DNA of 64,000 bases from Anaerolineae bacterium (GTDB taxonomy: Bacteria > Chloroflexota > Anaerolineae > UBA1429), in NCBI GenBank assembly GCA_963675785.1, contig OY776562.1, positions 512,001 through 576,000 on the forward strand, in the 5' to 3' direction. The number at the start of each line of letters is the position of its first letter. Position 1 is the first letter of the stretch. A program made the position numbers and the translations under genes. This document shows positions 1-9,197 of the stretch, in pieces. The notes under the pieces are model-generated. The model had not been told where the DNA came from and ran no database searches. It saw nothing but the letters and a program-made list of their open reading frames with translations.

Positions 1-851
1 AGGCTGCTACCTTCGGCTAACGCTGCTGCGGCACGCGTATGGCCTCCACCTCCCAGGGTGGTGAGAATGCTGCCTACGTCGATCTCGTCTACGATGCTGC
101 GGGCGATGATCTGCACATCACCTTCGAATTCGCAGAGCATAAAGCAGGCCTGCACATCAAAAGTATCCAGCAGCTGGTTTACCAGTGAGGAAAGCTCATC
201 GACATATTCGTCAAGATGGATAGATGCCACGAGCACCAGATGCCCGTTGATATCCACCGTGCGAGAAGAATTCAAAAGTTGCTGATAGACCTCGCGCTGT
301 GCTGCAGAGAGGGCGTGGTGCATGAATTCTTGGACGATTTGCAGCGCAGCGTGCTCTTCCATGAGCCAGGCGGCGGCGCGGACATCGCGGGCCGTCGTGG
401 TGAGATAAGAGAGCGATCCCGTGTCCTCATAAATACCCAGCAGCATTAGGGTGGCGCTGATGGAGGAAATATCCAAGCCTCGCTCGCGAATTTGCTCGAT
501 GAGCAGCGTGGTATTGGCCCCCACAGCATCGCCTTCAATGATCGTGCGCTTGTCCGCTTTGCGCGTATGCTGGTGGTGGTCGATGATATGGTAGCGGGTT
601 TCGGCGTTCATACGTTTGATGGGGGCGATGGCCTGGGTATCCACTAAGAGCACATCGCTGATTGGCTCCAGCGTCACTGCCTGTCGATTGGTCAGGCCCA
701 GGGCTTCGCCGTAAAGCACGGCAAAACGGGCCACGTTGCGGTTTAGCTTGGCGGGTAAAAGCGCAACATAGTCCGGATAGAGCAGAGACGCGGCATGAAT
801 TGAAGCCAGGGCGTCCATATCAGTGCGTTCGTGACTTGTGATGATTTTCAT
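1..851 (-). CDS. DHH/DHHA1 phosphoesterase-domain protein, 3' end beyond window (probably the DHH-CBS-tRNA nucleotidyltransferase type)
   Basis: Not in the ORF track because it runs off the edge. Reverse-strand reading from ATG at 851 gives MKIITSHERTDMDALAS..., then IIDHH and LGGGGHTRAAAA (DHH and DHHA1 motifs). Confidence 0.8.
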   Translation of the reverse strand, partial: MKIITSHERTDMDALASIHAASLLYPDYVALLPAKLNRNVARFAVLYGEALGLTNRQAVTLEPISDVLLVDTQAIAPIKRMNAETRYHIIDHHQHTRKADKRTIIEGDAVGANTTLLIEQIRERGLDISSISATLMLLGIYEDTGSLSYLTTTARDVRAAAWLMEEHAALQIVQEFMHHALSAAQREVYQQLLNSSRTVDINGHLVLVASIHLDEYVDELSSLVNQLLDTFDVQACFMLCEFEGDVQIIARSIVDEIDVGSILTTLGGGGHTRAAAALAEGSS

Positions 852-1039
852 AAAGGTCGCTCCAATTTCATCATCATACATCCTAGAGGGCGTTGCTGTC
901 CAGACTGGAGGACTCGCTTGTCGTCAGGCTGCGAGTGTGCGATACTAGGGAGCGTTGCGGGTTTGGTTCCTCACAGATGGCCGAGTGATTCCAGAGTGGT
1001 CGAGGCATCGACTGCGATCAAAATAAGGTGAGGTGGAGT

Positions 1040-2851
1040 GTGGTAGAGCTAAAAAGGCGAGAAGAAATCTCTGAACAGTTCAAGTGGGACACCTACAGCG
1101 TGTTTCCCTCAAACGAGGTCTGGGAAGAGGCTGTCCTCCAACTCAAGGCTGAGATCGGTTCAATTGCTGCTTATAGCGGCCGCCTATCGCAGGGTGCTCA
1201 GGTTCTTTCGGAGGCACTCGAAGCGGTGATGAACCTTTACCGCAATATGGGCAAGATCATCATCTATGCCAGTAACTTTCACAATGTGGATACGGCCGAC
1301 GGTGAGGCAGCGGGCCGGGATTCGCGATCTATGGCTTTGTACGCTCAGGTCGCCGCGGCAACGGCCTTTCTGGAGCCCGAACTTATTGCCATAGGCTTTG
1401 ACACCTTGCGCCAGTGGCTAGATGAGGAACCAGGATTGGCAGTTTACAGCCACTTTGTGGATGATTTGGAGCGCAAACAGGCCCATGTACGCACGCCAGA
1501 GATTGAAGAACTGTTGGGCCTGGTGCGCGAGCCTTTCGAGACCGCCTCGTCAATTCACGGCATTTTGGCCGACGCTGACCTGGTTTTTGAACCAGCAATT
1601 GATAGCACAGGCAAGAGCCACGAAGTAGCCCAGGGCACCATTGACGCCCTGCTCATGAGTGAAGATCGCGAGCTGCGCCGCACGGCCTGGCAGAGCTATT
1701 CCGATGCGCACTTGGCGCATCAGCACAGCATGGCGGCTTGCCTTAGCGGCGGTGTCAAACAGGATGTGTTCATGGCTCGGGCTCGTCTCTTTGATTCGGC
1801 CGTAGAGGCTGCTTTGGACGCTAACAACATCCCCGTCGCCGTCTATTACAATGTGGTAGATACCTTCAAAGCTAATCTGCCGTTGTGGCACCGCTACTGG
1901 CGGCTGCTGCGTAAGGCCCTGGGGTATGAAAAGCTCCACGTTTATGACATCAAGGCGCCACTTTCGGCGGATAAACCAGTGGTCAGTTTTGATCAGGCCG
2001 CAACATGGGTCTCTGCAGCACTAGCTCCCCTCGGTGAGAATTATGTTGGCACACTACGCAAAGGCTTGTTGGAGCAGCGCTGGGTCGATGTGATGCCCAA
2101 CAAGAACAAGCGCGCTGGTGCCTATTCCTACGGTATGCCTGGCACATTTCCCTTTGTGCTGATGAGCTTTACCGATGATCTAGAGAGCGTAAGCACGCTA
2201 GCCCATGAACTGGGCCATTCCATGCATTCCTATCACACTTGGGAGACTCAGCCGCAGGTCTATAGTGACTATTCTATCTTTGTGGCCGAAGTGCCTTCTA
2301 ACTTTAACCAGGCTGTGGTGCGCGACTATCTGTTTGAGCATCACCCCGAGCGCGATTTCCAGATCGCCCTCATTGAAGAGGCTATGTCCAATTTCCACCG
2401 CTATTTCTTCCTCATGCCCACCCTGGCACGTTTTGAGCTAGAGATTCATGAGCGAGTAGAGCGCGGTGAGGCCCTGACAGCCGATTCAATGAACGACCTG
2501 CTAGCCAGTCTCTTTGCCGAGGGTTATGGTGACGAGGTAGAGATGGATCACGACCGTATTGGCGTAACCTGGGCCGAATTCCCCACGCATCTTTACTCTA
2601 ATTTCTATGTCTATCAGTACACTACGGGCATTGCTGGCGCCCACGCTTTGGCCAACCGTGTGCTGGATGGCGGTGCGGCTGAGCTACAGGATTATATCGA
2701 CTTTATTTCTGCGGGCAGTGCCATGTATCCGCTGGATGCTCTTAAACATGCCGGCGTTGATATGACCTCGCCAGCTCCGATTCAAGCGGCTTTTGATTAT
2801 CTAGGCGGCTTGATCGATCGTTTGGAAGAGCTTATCGAGCGGGGCGACTAG
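1040..2851 (+). CDS. pepF: Oligoendopeptidase F (peptidase M3B)
   Basis: HELGHSMH zinc motif, KRAGAYS, AEVPS, YVYQY; ~600 aa. GTG start at 1040 follows a GAGGTGGAG SD (track start 1028). Confidence 0.93.
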   Translation: MVELKRREEISEQFKWDTYSVFPSNEVWEEAVLQLKAEIGSIAAYSGRLSQGAQVLSEALEAVMNLYRNMGKIIIYASNFHNVDTADGEAAGRDSRSMALYAQVAAATAFLEPELIAIGFDTLRQWLDEEPGLAVYSHFVDDLERKQAHVRTPEIEELLGLVREPFETASSIHGILADADLVFEPAIDSTGKSHEVAQGTIDALLMSEDRELRRTAWQSYSDAHLAHQHSMAACLSGGVKQDVFMARARLFDSAVEAALDANNIPVAVYYNVVDTFKANLPLWHRYWRLLRKALGYEKLHVYDIKAPLSADKPVVSFDQAATWVSAALAPLGENYVGTLRKGLLEQRWVDVMPNKNKRAGAYSYGMPGTFPFVLMSFTDDLESVSTLAHELGHSMHSYHTWETQPQVYSDYSIFVAEVPSNFNQAVVRDYLFEHHPERDFQIALIEEAMSNFHRYFFLMPTLARFELEIHERVERGEALTADSMNDLLASLFAEGYGDEVEMDHDRIGVTWAEFPTHLYSNFYVYQYTTGIAGAHALANRVLDGGAAELQDYIDFISAGSAMYPLDALKHAGVDMTSPAPIQAAFDYLGGLIDRLEELIERGD

Positions 2852-2860
2852 AAAGAGCAG

Positions 2861-2886
2861 GAGGGGGCTTCGGCCCCCTCTTTTTT
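2861..2886. terminator. Intrinsic terminator between convergent genes
   Basis: GAGGGGGC-TTCG-GCCCCCTC followed by TTTTTT. Confidence 0.9.
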
Positions 2887-4018
2887 ATTGGGGAGAATCC
2901 AAGAGGGATTGGAAAAAGGTTGTGTCGAGACCGCGGAAGGTCTGCGACAGGGAACCGGCGGTTCCGGCAAAGCGCCCCGTGTTTACCGACTGGTCGAGCA
3001 TGGTCTGGCTGTAGAGATGGTGAATCAGCGCCTCAAGCGAGGCCGAAAGGGCATAACCCGTGTTGTGCAGCAGCACTTGTGCTTCGAACCTTCCGGGCCA
3101 GGGAGCTACGTTCTTCAGGATAGAGAGTTGACCGTCTTCATCTTCAGTGCCCAGCGCTTCTAGACTGACGATGCCGATCATAGGCTCTTGCGCCTCTAAC
3201 AGAGCCTGAACAACCTGGGCATCGCTGTATACCATAGAGGGGCTGTTGCCGAGGATAGCCGAAACCAGCATTTCACCGGCCTGGCTTGCATCCTCAAGGG
3301 CCTGACCTGCGTATAGTTCATAAGCCTGTGCTACTTGTTCAGGGGCAGCTTTTATGCGCTCGAACAGCTCGGCTGTCTCTTCGCTTACATCCGGATTAGC
3401 CAAAACCAGGCGACCGCTCCAATCGGCAGAGGTTAGTACCCACCAATTGTTGACAGCACTGGTTGCTGCGGGGACATTTGTTACCAGAACGCGTGCAGTC
3501 CATGTGTGGATCGATAAACCTGTCACTGTCTGCAAAAAGGCAGTGGGATCTGCAGGTGCGGCTGCTTCCAATTGACCATTATCGACTAGCCCGCGCACCA
3601 GTTCCAAATCATCGAGGAGGAAGAGTTCCGGAGCGTCCTCCTCAGCAAGCAGGGTGGCGGTATGTTCTGATTCCGAGTACTGCAAGTTGAGTTCGGTGAG
3701 GGATGAAGCCGATACGAGCCATTCGGCGGAACCGAGAAGACGGGCATTGGCTATCACCAAACCAATCGTGCCATCGTTGGGCAATGGTGTATTCGCCGGC
3801 GGTATGGACGTTTCGGCGGTAGTTGCCGATGCTTCTGGTATGGCCGAGACAGAATTTGCTGCAAAAGGAGTTGCACTTGCTATAGGCTGGATGGTTTCAG
3901 TAGATGTTTCAGCCGCCGTGTCTGCAGTCTCAATAGGCGCAGCGAGCTTGTAGGTGCCAGCACATCCCACAATTAAGACAGAAACTAGACCGATAGCAAT
4001 GATTGTTCTTTTGACCAA
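2885..4018 (-). CDS. Lipoprotein, divergent ABC-type solute-binding protein
   Basis: Signal peptide with lipobox IVGC, Thr/Ala/Pro-rich linker, and WWVLTSADWSGRLVLANP resembling Fe3+/polyamine-type SBPs. GAGGT SD before TTG. Confidence 0.6.
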   Translation of the reverse strand: MVKRTIIAIGLVSVLIVGCAGTYKLAAPIETADTAAETSTETIQPIASATPFAANSVSAIPEASATTAETSIPPANTPLPNDGTIGLVIANARLLGSAEWLVSASSLTELNLQYSESEHTATLLAEEDAPELFLLDDLELVRGLVDNGQLEAAAPADPTAFLQTVTGLSIHTWTARVLVTNVPAATSAVNNWWVLTSADWSGRLVLANPDVSEETAELFERIKAAPEQVAQAYELYAGQALEDASQAGEMLVSAILGNSPSMVYSDAQVVQALLEAQEPMIGIVSLEALGTEDEDGQLSILKNVAPWPGRFEAQVLLHNTGYALSASLEALIHHLYSQTMLDQSVNTGRFAGTAGSLSQTFRGLDTTFFQSLLDSPQ

Positions 4019-4144
4019 GGCATTTACCTCACTTTGACCTCTATTATGGCACAGGCATAGTGATCGCCAAACTGCCCTATCAAGGCTTGGCGCGGGGCGA
4101 TTTTCACAAGTATAATAAGTCGCATGTGAAACAAGGAGGATCAG

Positions 4145-5128
4145 ATGACACTACGGCTCGTTTTCGCCGGATCTACCGGACATGTGGGTTATGTGCTGCG
4201 AGAGCTCGCAGATTTTGACGTGCAGGCTGTGGGTTGTGCCCCGACCTTTGAGGGTGAGTCGATGGCTGTATTTGAACCGTTGGGTATTCCCCATTATAGC
4301 TGTTGGAAGTGCCTGCTGAAAGAGACTCAGCCCGACATCGTGGTGGTAGATGCCCGCTATGATCTCAATGCCCAGATTTCCATCGCAGCCATGAAACAGG
4401 GCGCGCATGTCATTAGCGAAAAGCCGGCAGCACTCGATCTAGAAGATCTGGCTGCTTTGAGGCAAACTATTGCTAAAACCGGACGCATCTATACACTCAT
4501 GCTAGCCATCCGTTACGAGCCAGCTTTTTGGACGGCGCACCGCCTGGTGAGCGAGGGCATGATTGGTGACCCTGTGCTGGTTTCTGGCCAAAAGTCTTAT
4601 CGCTGGGGTGCATCACGCCCCGAATGGTACGCCGATCCCTCCAAATACGGCAGCACGATGGCTTGGGTAGGCATTCACACCTTTGATTTTGCCCGCTGGA
4701 TTGCTGGTGTCGAGTTCACTGAGGTCTATGCCCATCATGCGAATCTGGTGCATATCGAGCGCCCTGGCTGCCAGGATGTGGCGACGGTCATTGCCAGTCT
4801 CTCGAATGGTGGCAGTGCGGTGTTCAATATCGATTATTTGCGCCCAGAGGCCGCCAAAACGCATGGTGATGATCGTGTGCGTGTTGTCGGTTCTCGCGGC
4901 ATCGTTGAAGTATGTGATGAGGGGCGGAGCCTTCACGTGATTACGCCCGATATGGATGAGTCTGATTATCCCTTGGATACCCCGGATAGGAGTTTCTTTG
5001 GAGATTTCGTTCATGCCGTCGAGGGAACGGGCGATCTGTTGATCACGGCAGATGAAGGGTTGTCTATCACCGAGTTTGCGCTCAAAGCTGCCCTGGCGGC
5101 GGATACGCATAAACCAGTTATACTCTAG
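4145..5128 (+). CDS. Gfo/Idh/MocA family oxidoreductase
   Basis: HVISEKP motif and GIHTFD; AGGAGG SD; TATAAT at 4111-4116 upstream. Confidence 0.88.
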   Translation: MTLRLVFAGSTGHVGYVLRELADFDVQAVGCAPTFEGESMAVFEPLGIPHYSCWKCLLKETQPDIVVVDARYDLNAQISIAAMKQGAHVISEKPAALDLEDLAALRQTIAKTGRIYTLMLAIRYEPAFWTAHRLVSEGMIGDPVLVSGQKSYRWGASRPEWYADPSKYGSTMAWVGIHTFDFARWIAGVEFTEVYAHHANLVHIERPGCQDVATVIASLSNGGSAVFNIDYLRPEAAKTHGDDRVRVVGSRGIVEVCDEGRSLHVITPDMDESDYPLDTPDRSFFGDFVHAVEGTGDLLITADEGLSITEFALKAALAADTHKPVIL

Positions 5129-5152
5129 GTACAGATTGAAAGGGAAGGGACA

Positions 5153-6079
5153 ATGAACAAGAACAAACCGTTTAGCGGCCGCACTATTCTAGTCGCTGTG
5201 GTCGTTGTTTTAGTTTTAATTATGTTGTTTTCTAGTTATACTATTGTAGAACCGGGAAATCGCGGTGTTGTTGTCTTTCTTGGTGATGTTGAAGAAGACA
5301 ATGTGCTACCAGAGGGTTTCCATCTTGTGCTGCCGCCTCTGGCCAGACAGGTGACGCAGGTCAATGTGCGCACTCAAAAGATAGAAATTGTGACCGAAGC
5401 GGCTTCAAAGGACCTGCAGGCTATGGTCATTACTGCGGTGCTCAACTATCATGTAGACCCCGCGGGCGCCGGGCTTTTGTTCCAGCAAGTTGGTCTGGAT
5501 TACGAAAACGTTATCATTGCGCCGGCCATTCAAGAGGCGCTCAAGGCGGTAACGGCCAGTTATCGTATTGAAGAAGTGTTGGTTAATCGAGCGATTATCA
5601 AGGACGAGATTGCTTCAATTCTCTCCGAGAGGCTGGGCACCAACCAGATCATCGTGGATCAATTCTCTTTGCAGAATGTTGAGTTCTCTGAAGAGTATAA
5701 CCAGGCCATCGAGCGCAAGCAGATTGCTGAGCAAGGAGCGCAGCAGAAGGAATACGAGCTACAAGCCGCCGAGATGGACATTCAAATTGCCATCGCCAAC
5801 GCAGAGGCTGAGAAAGAAGCCGCGATCAGGGCGGCAGAGGGCAGGGCTATTGCTCGCCAGATAGAGGCTGAAGCTGAGGCCCAGGCATTGGCACTAATCG
5901 CCGAACAGCTCAGGGATAACCCGGCCCTTATCCAATACGAGTGGGCCACGCGGTTATCTCCCAGCGTCAATACAATTTTGCTGCCGGCGGATCAGGAGAT
6001 CATTTTGGGCGGAGATAGTTTGATCACTTCGCCAACGGTTGAGAGTACAGAAACGATAACGACTACGACGGAAGAGTAA
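5153..6079 (+). CDS. SPFH/prohibitin (band 7) family membrane protein
   Basis: N-terminal TM, IVEPGNRGVVV, ASKDLQ, AIERKQIAEQ, and an Ala/Glu-rich coiled coil. Confidence 0.9.
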   Translation: MNKNKPFSGRTILVAVVVVLVLIMLFSSYTIVEPGNRGVVVFLGDVEEDNVLPEGFHLVLPPLARQVTQVNVRTQKIEIVTEAASKDLQAMVITAVLNYHVDPAGAGLLFQQVGLDYENVIIAPAIQEALKAVTASYRIEEVLVNRAIIKDEIASILSERLGTNQIIVDQFSLQNVEFSEEYNQAIERKQIAEQGAQQKEYELQAAEMDIQIAIANAEAEKEAAIRAAEGRAIARQIEAEAEAQALALIAEQLRDNPALIQYEWATRLSPSVNTILLPADQEIILGGDSLITSPTVESTETITTTTEE

Positions 6080-6097
6080 CCAGCAGATCATCGATGA

Positions 6098-6574
6098 GTG
6101 GACATAATGATTGACGAGGATAACAAAGCCGTGCATAATCAGGAAGAAAAGTTTCATCCTCTCATCCGTTATTGGTTGATGGGGCAAGGGGCCCAATACC
6201 CTGAACGAAACAAGGGTGCGGCTTTGGATCTCAAGGCCCGGCTGAAGGGCAAGCGCAGACTGGTATGGGGATGGGCCAAGATTCCTACTGGTGTAGCCCT
6301 TGCGATGCCTGATGATGTTGTGGTTCGCGTTACTGGGCGCAGCGGCAATTTTCTCCGTGGGCTGATTGTGCATGATGGTCTTGTGGAGTCCGAGTTCAAT
6401 GGCCAGGAACTCTGTGCGCTGATCTATTGTCCGTGGCCTCGTGTGATTCATCATGGTCAGCGTATTGCACAGATGTGGGCTATATCCATTGAGCGGAAAG
6501 CTTTTGAACAAGTAGTGCAAGAACCCACAGGTGTGTTTTCAACTAAAACAGGGTTTGGCTCAACGGGGGAATAG
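6098..6574 (+). CDS. Divergent trimeric dUTPase-like protein
   Basis: All five dUTPase motifs in order: GAALDL, IPTG..GRSG, GLVESEFNGQEL, GQRIAQ, GFGSTG. Motif 3 and motif 5 are non-canonical. Confidence 0.75.
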   Translation: MDIMIDEDNKAVHNQEEKFHPLIRYWLMGQGAQYPERNKGAALDLKARLKGKRRLVWGWAKIPTGVALAMPDDVVVRVTGRSGNFLRGLIVHDGLVESEFNGQELCALIYCPWPRVIHHGQRIAQMWAISIERKAFEQVVQEPTGVFSTKTGFGSTGE

Positions 6575-6616
6575 TTTTGTTCCTCGGTGAGCGAATAGAA
6601 ACCAGGTGGTACCGAG

Positions 6617-8269
6617 ATGCAGAACAAGAGATCGATGCCAAATACTATCGTCGTTTTGGTCGTTGTTTGGATTGTCTTGGTCGCGAATGCGCTGATTTTT
6701 GCGGTGATTGCACCATCGAACCAGGTGATAGGCCCTGTTGAGCTGTCAGGTTATCCATCTCCAGGGGTGACCGTGGAGATGGTTTTGCCACAGCGCTTGG
6801 AGACCTGGAATACGACGGACGCTGCACAGGTTTTGACGCTTTATGTGACGCCGCATCGCCCTGATGTTGAAGGGGTATCTCTGGTTTTTGCTCTTGGTGA
6901 TCGCTCTGTTGTTTTGACCGATGTCAATGGTCAGATACTATCTGGGCCAATCGAGGTATCCTTCCAATATCCTGCCGAAATGATATTGCCGCTCTATGTT
7001 GCTACAGCCGCGACCGGAGAGGGTTCGGGTCTGCTCTCCTCTCATACGGTTTCTCTCAATCTCTATACCCTGCGCGATGGTGTACAAACCCCTGTTGATG
7101 GGCTGGGCACGCAGATCGCCCTATCTAGCCGTCTTGGCAGCGCACTGCGCCGCGTCAATGATTTCTTGACTCGTATCGCTTTGCCGATCATGGCAATCTT
7201 GACTCCTTTTGTTTTGCTGGGCAACTGGTGGGCTAAACGTCGACAACGGCAGACAGATGCACAAAAAGCACTGGATGCGCGGTATGTGTTCATTCGCGAA
7301 CTTGTAGATGCAGGGCAGATTGTCAGGGCAAGGGAAGCTGCTGCTCTTCTTCGTCGCGAAGCGCCCAACTATGCTCGTATTGACCACCTCGACGAGTTTT
7401 TGTCCACTTTGGGGTCTGCGGAGTTGACCGCTTCAAGTGTTGTGTCATCCAATACTGAATCAACGTTAGATGAGGGCATCAAAGCATACAAGGCGCGGGA
7501 TTGGGAATTGGCTTGCGGATTGTTGCATACTGCACAAGCGACCGATGAATACAATCCGCATCTGCAGTTTCTGTATAGAACTTCATGTCTCTACCTAGCC
7601 CTATCGGGGAGGGATCGCAGTAAGCGTATCGCCGCTTTGCGTGAGTTGGGCGAGATCGGCGATTTGGTCGATCTGGTGCCCATCGTCGATGCACTGGACG
7701 ATGCTAATTCAACCGTTGCCAAGGCTGCTGAAGAAACTTTGCTTGCCATTGGCCCGGTTGCGTTTGATGCTTTGGCACGGGGACTCAAAAACCCCTCGCA
7801 AAGTATCAAACGCCGCTCTCGAAACGTACTTGCCAGTCTGGGCCAGGATATTCGTGAACAGCTTTTGTCTTTGTTGCATACTCGCGATGCCGAACTGGTG
7901 GCTATTGCTTCAGAACTTTTGATTGGTTTGGGTGCGCGCGAACAACTTGCAGATGCATTGCTGTGGGCGGATCCAACAGTTCTTGACGGCATCGTCAGTG
8001 CCTTGGTTTCAGATGAGATTGTCGCGCTTCAACCGCTGCTGGATGTGCTGTTGCGGGCGCCAAGCGAACGTCAGCCATATGTTTTGGCAGCTATCGGCGA
8101 ACTCAAAAAGCACGTCAATATTGACCGACGTATTGAGGATATGCAGCGCAGCGTGCGCGATGGAGAAAAGCGAAATCTTCTTGGGCGCGCTTTGCGGATG
8201 AATGCCCTTGATTATGATCAAGCCTTGGTCAAAAATCAGCAGGTATATCAGGCTGCGCAAGCTGATTGA
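6617..8269 (+). CDS. Membrane protein with external domain and cytoplasmic TPR + HEAT repeats
   Basis: Two hydrophobic segments, a TPR-like helix pair (EGIKAYKARDWELA), and HEAT/PBS-lyase-like repeats (RIAALRELGEIG, VAKAAEETLLAIG). Confidence 0.7.
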   Translation: MQNKRSMPNTIVVLVVVWIVLVANALIFAVIAPSNQVIGPVELSGYPSPGVTVEMVLPQRLETWNTTDAAQVLTLYVTPHRPDVEGVSLVFALGDRSVVLTDVNGQILSGPIEVSFQYPAEMILPLYVATAATGEGSGLLSSHTVSLNLYTLRDGVQTPVDGLGTQIALSSRLGSALRRVNDFLTRIALPIMAILTPFVLLGNWWAKRRQRQTDAQKALDARYVFIRELVDAGQIVRAREAAALLRREAPNYARIDHLDEFLSTLGSAELTASSVVSSNTESTLDEGIKAYKARDWELACGLLHTAQATDEYNPHLQFLYRTSCLYLALSGRDRSKRIAALRELGEIGDLVDLVPIVDALDDANSTVAKAAEETLLAIGPVAFDALARGLKNPSQSIKRRSRNVLASLGQDIREQLLSLLHTRDAELVAIASELLIGLGAREQLADALLWADPTVLDGIVSALVSDEIVALQPLLDVLLRAPSERQPYVLAAIGELKKHVNIDRRIEDMQRSVRDGEKRNLLGRALRMNALDYDQALVKNQQVYQAAQAD

Positions 8270-8311
8270 CAAGGTGGTTTTAGTTGCTATAATTGTTACA
8301 GTTTAGTAACA
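8266..8311 (+). promoter_or_regulatory. Sigma70 promoter with downstream operator-like repeat
   Basis: TTGACA (8266-8271), 16 nt, TG-n-TATAAT (8288-8293), immediately followed by TGTTAC-N6-GTAACA. Confidence 0.75.
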
Positions 8312-8326
8312 TAAACGAGGTGAACG

Positions 8327-9016
8327 GTGGCCAGATTTCTTGTTGCAGATGATGAAGAATTCATCGTGCAGGTAGTTGAACAATTGTTGGCAACTTCTGG
8401 ACATACCGTTGTCAAGGCATCGAATGGTGCCGATGCTCTGGCTTTGTTGCGCTCTGATCCGGTCGACATAGCTATTTTGGATGTGATGATGCCCAAAATG
8501 ACCGGTTTGGAAGTTTGTTCGCGCATGCGTCAGTCGCCGGAACTCAAGAATATCCCTGTTCTCTTTTTGACCGGACGTGAAGAGTTGAGCGACAAGGTGC
8601 AGGGATTTGAGGTTGGGGCAGATGACTATGTGACCAAACCATTCAATCTTCGTGAACTGGATGCACGTGTCAAGGCCCTGCTTCGCTTTGTGCGCCCCGT
8701 CTCGGATCCCAATGTCCTTTCTGTGGGTACTTTGGAAATGAATCGCGGCAGTAATTTGGTGTACGTCAACGGCGAATCGGTGAAACTAACACCTTCAGAA
8801 TTTGATGTTCTTTTTTTCCTTGCCTCCCATGCGGGGGAAATCATTTCCTCTCGGGATTTGCTCAAAGAATTGTGGGGATCTGCCGCAGCGACTGGCAGCA
8901 CTAGTTTGGTGCGCATGCACGTGCTCAATATCCGCCGCAAAATCGAGCAAGATCCTGACAATCCACGCTATATTCTGACGATTCCGCGCCATGGCTATGT
9001 TTTCAAGGTCGAATAA
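8327..9016 (+). CDS. OmpR/PhoB family response regulator
   Basis: REC (VADDE, LDVMMP, GADDYVTKPF) plus winged helix (LTPSEF, HVLNIRRKIE, TIPRHGY). Confidence 0.95.
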   Translation: MARFLVADDEEFIVQVVEQLLATSGHTVVKASNGADALALLRSDPVDIAILDVMMPKMTGLEVCSRMRQSPELKNIPVLFLTGREELSDKVQGFEVGADDYVTKPFNLRELDARVKALLRFVRPVSDPNVLSVGTLEMNRGSNLVYVNGESVKLTPSEFDVLFFLASHAGEIISSRDLLKELWGSAAATGSTSLVRMHVLNIRRKIEQDPDNPRYILTIPRHGYVFKVE

Positions 9017-9197
9017 AGCAGTTTTATCTTTACACTTTATGCGACATTCACGCTTAACCCCATTCATTATCCTATACTAAGGTTACTAAATACTAGCATT
9101 TGGGCATTGTTGCAAAGGCAATGCCTTGATGTGTTATCCGTATGATTATCTTTTATAGGCGTATCAGCACAGCTTTTGTAAGCTGCTTGAACCCAGT

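Noticed and set aside
58-1031. Short plus-strand ORFs at the window start
   Set aside because: Antisense to the DHH-family gene (851 to <1) or lying in the divergent promoter region.
6604-6614. AGGTGGTACCG resembling a T-box antiterminator
   Set aside because: Sits in a 42-nt intergenic gap at the SD position, with no stem I, no terminator and no amino-acid gene downstream.
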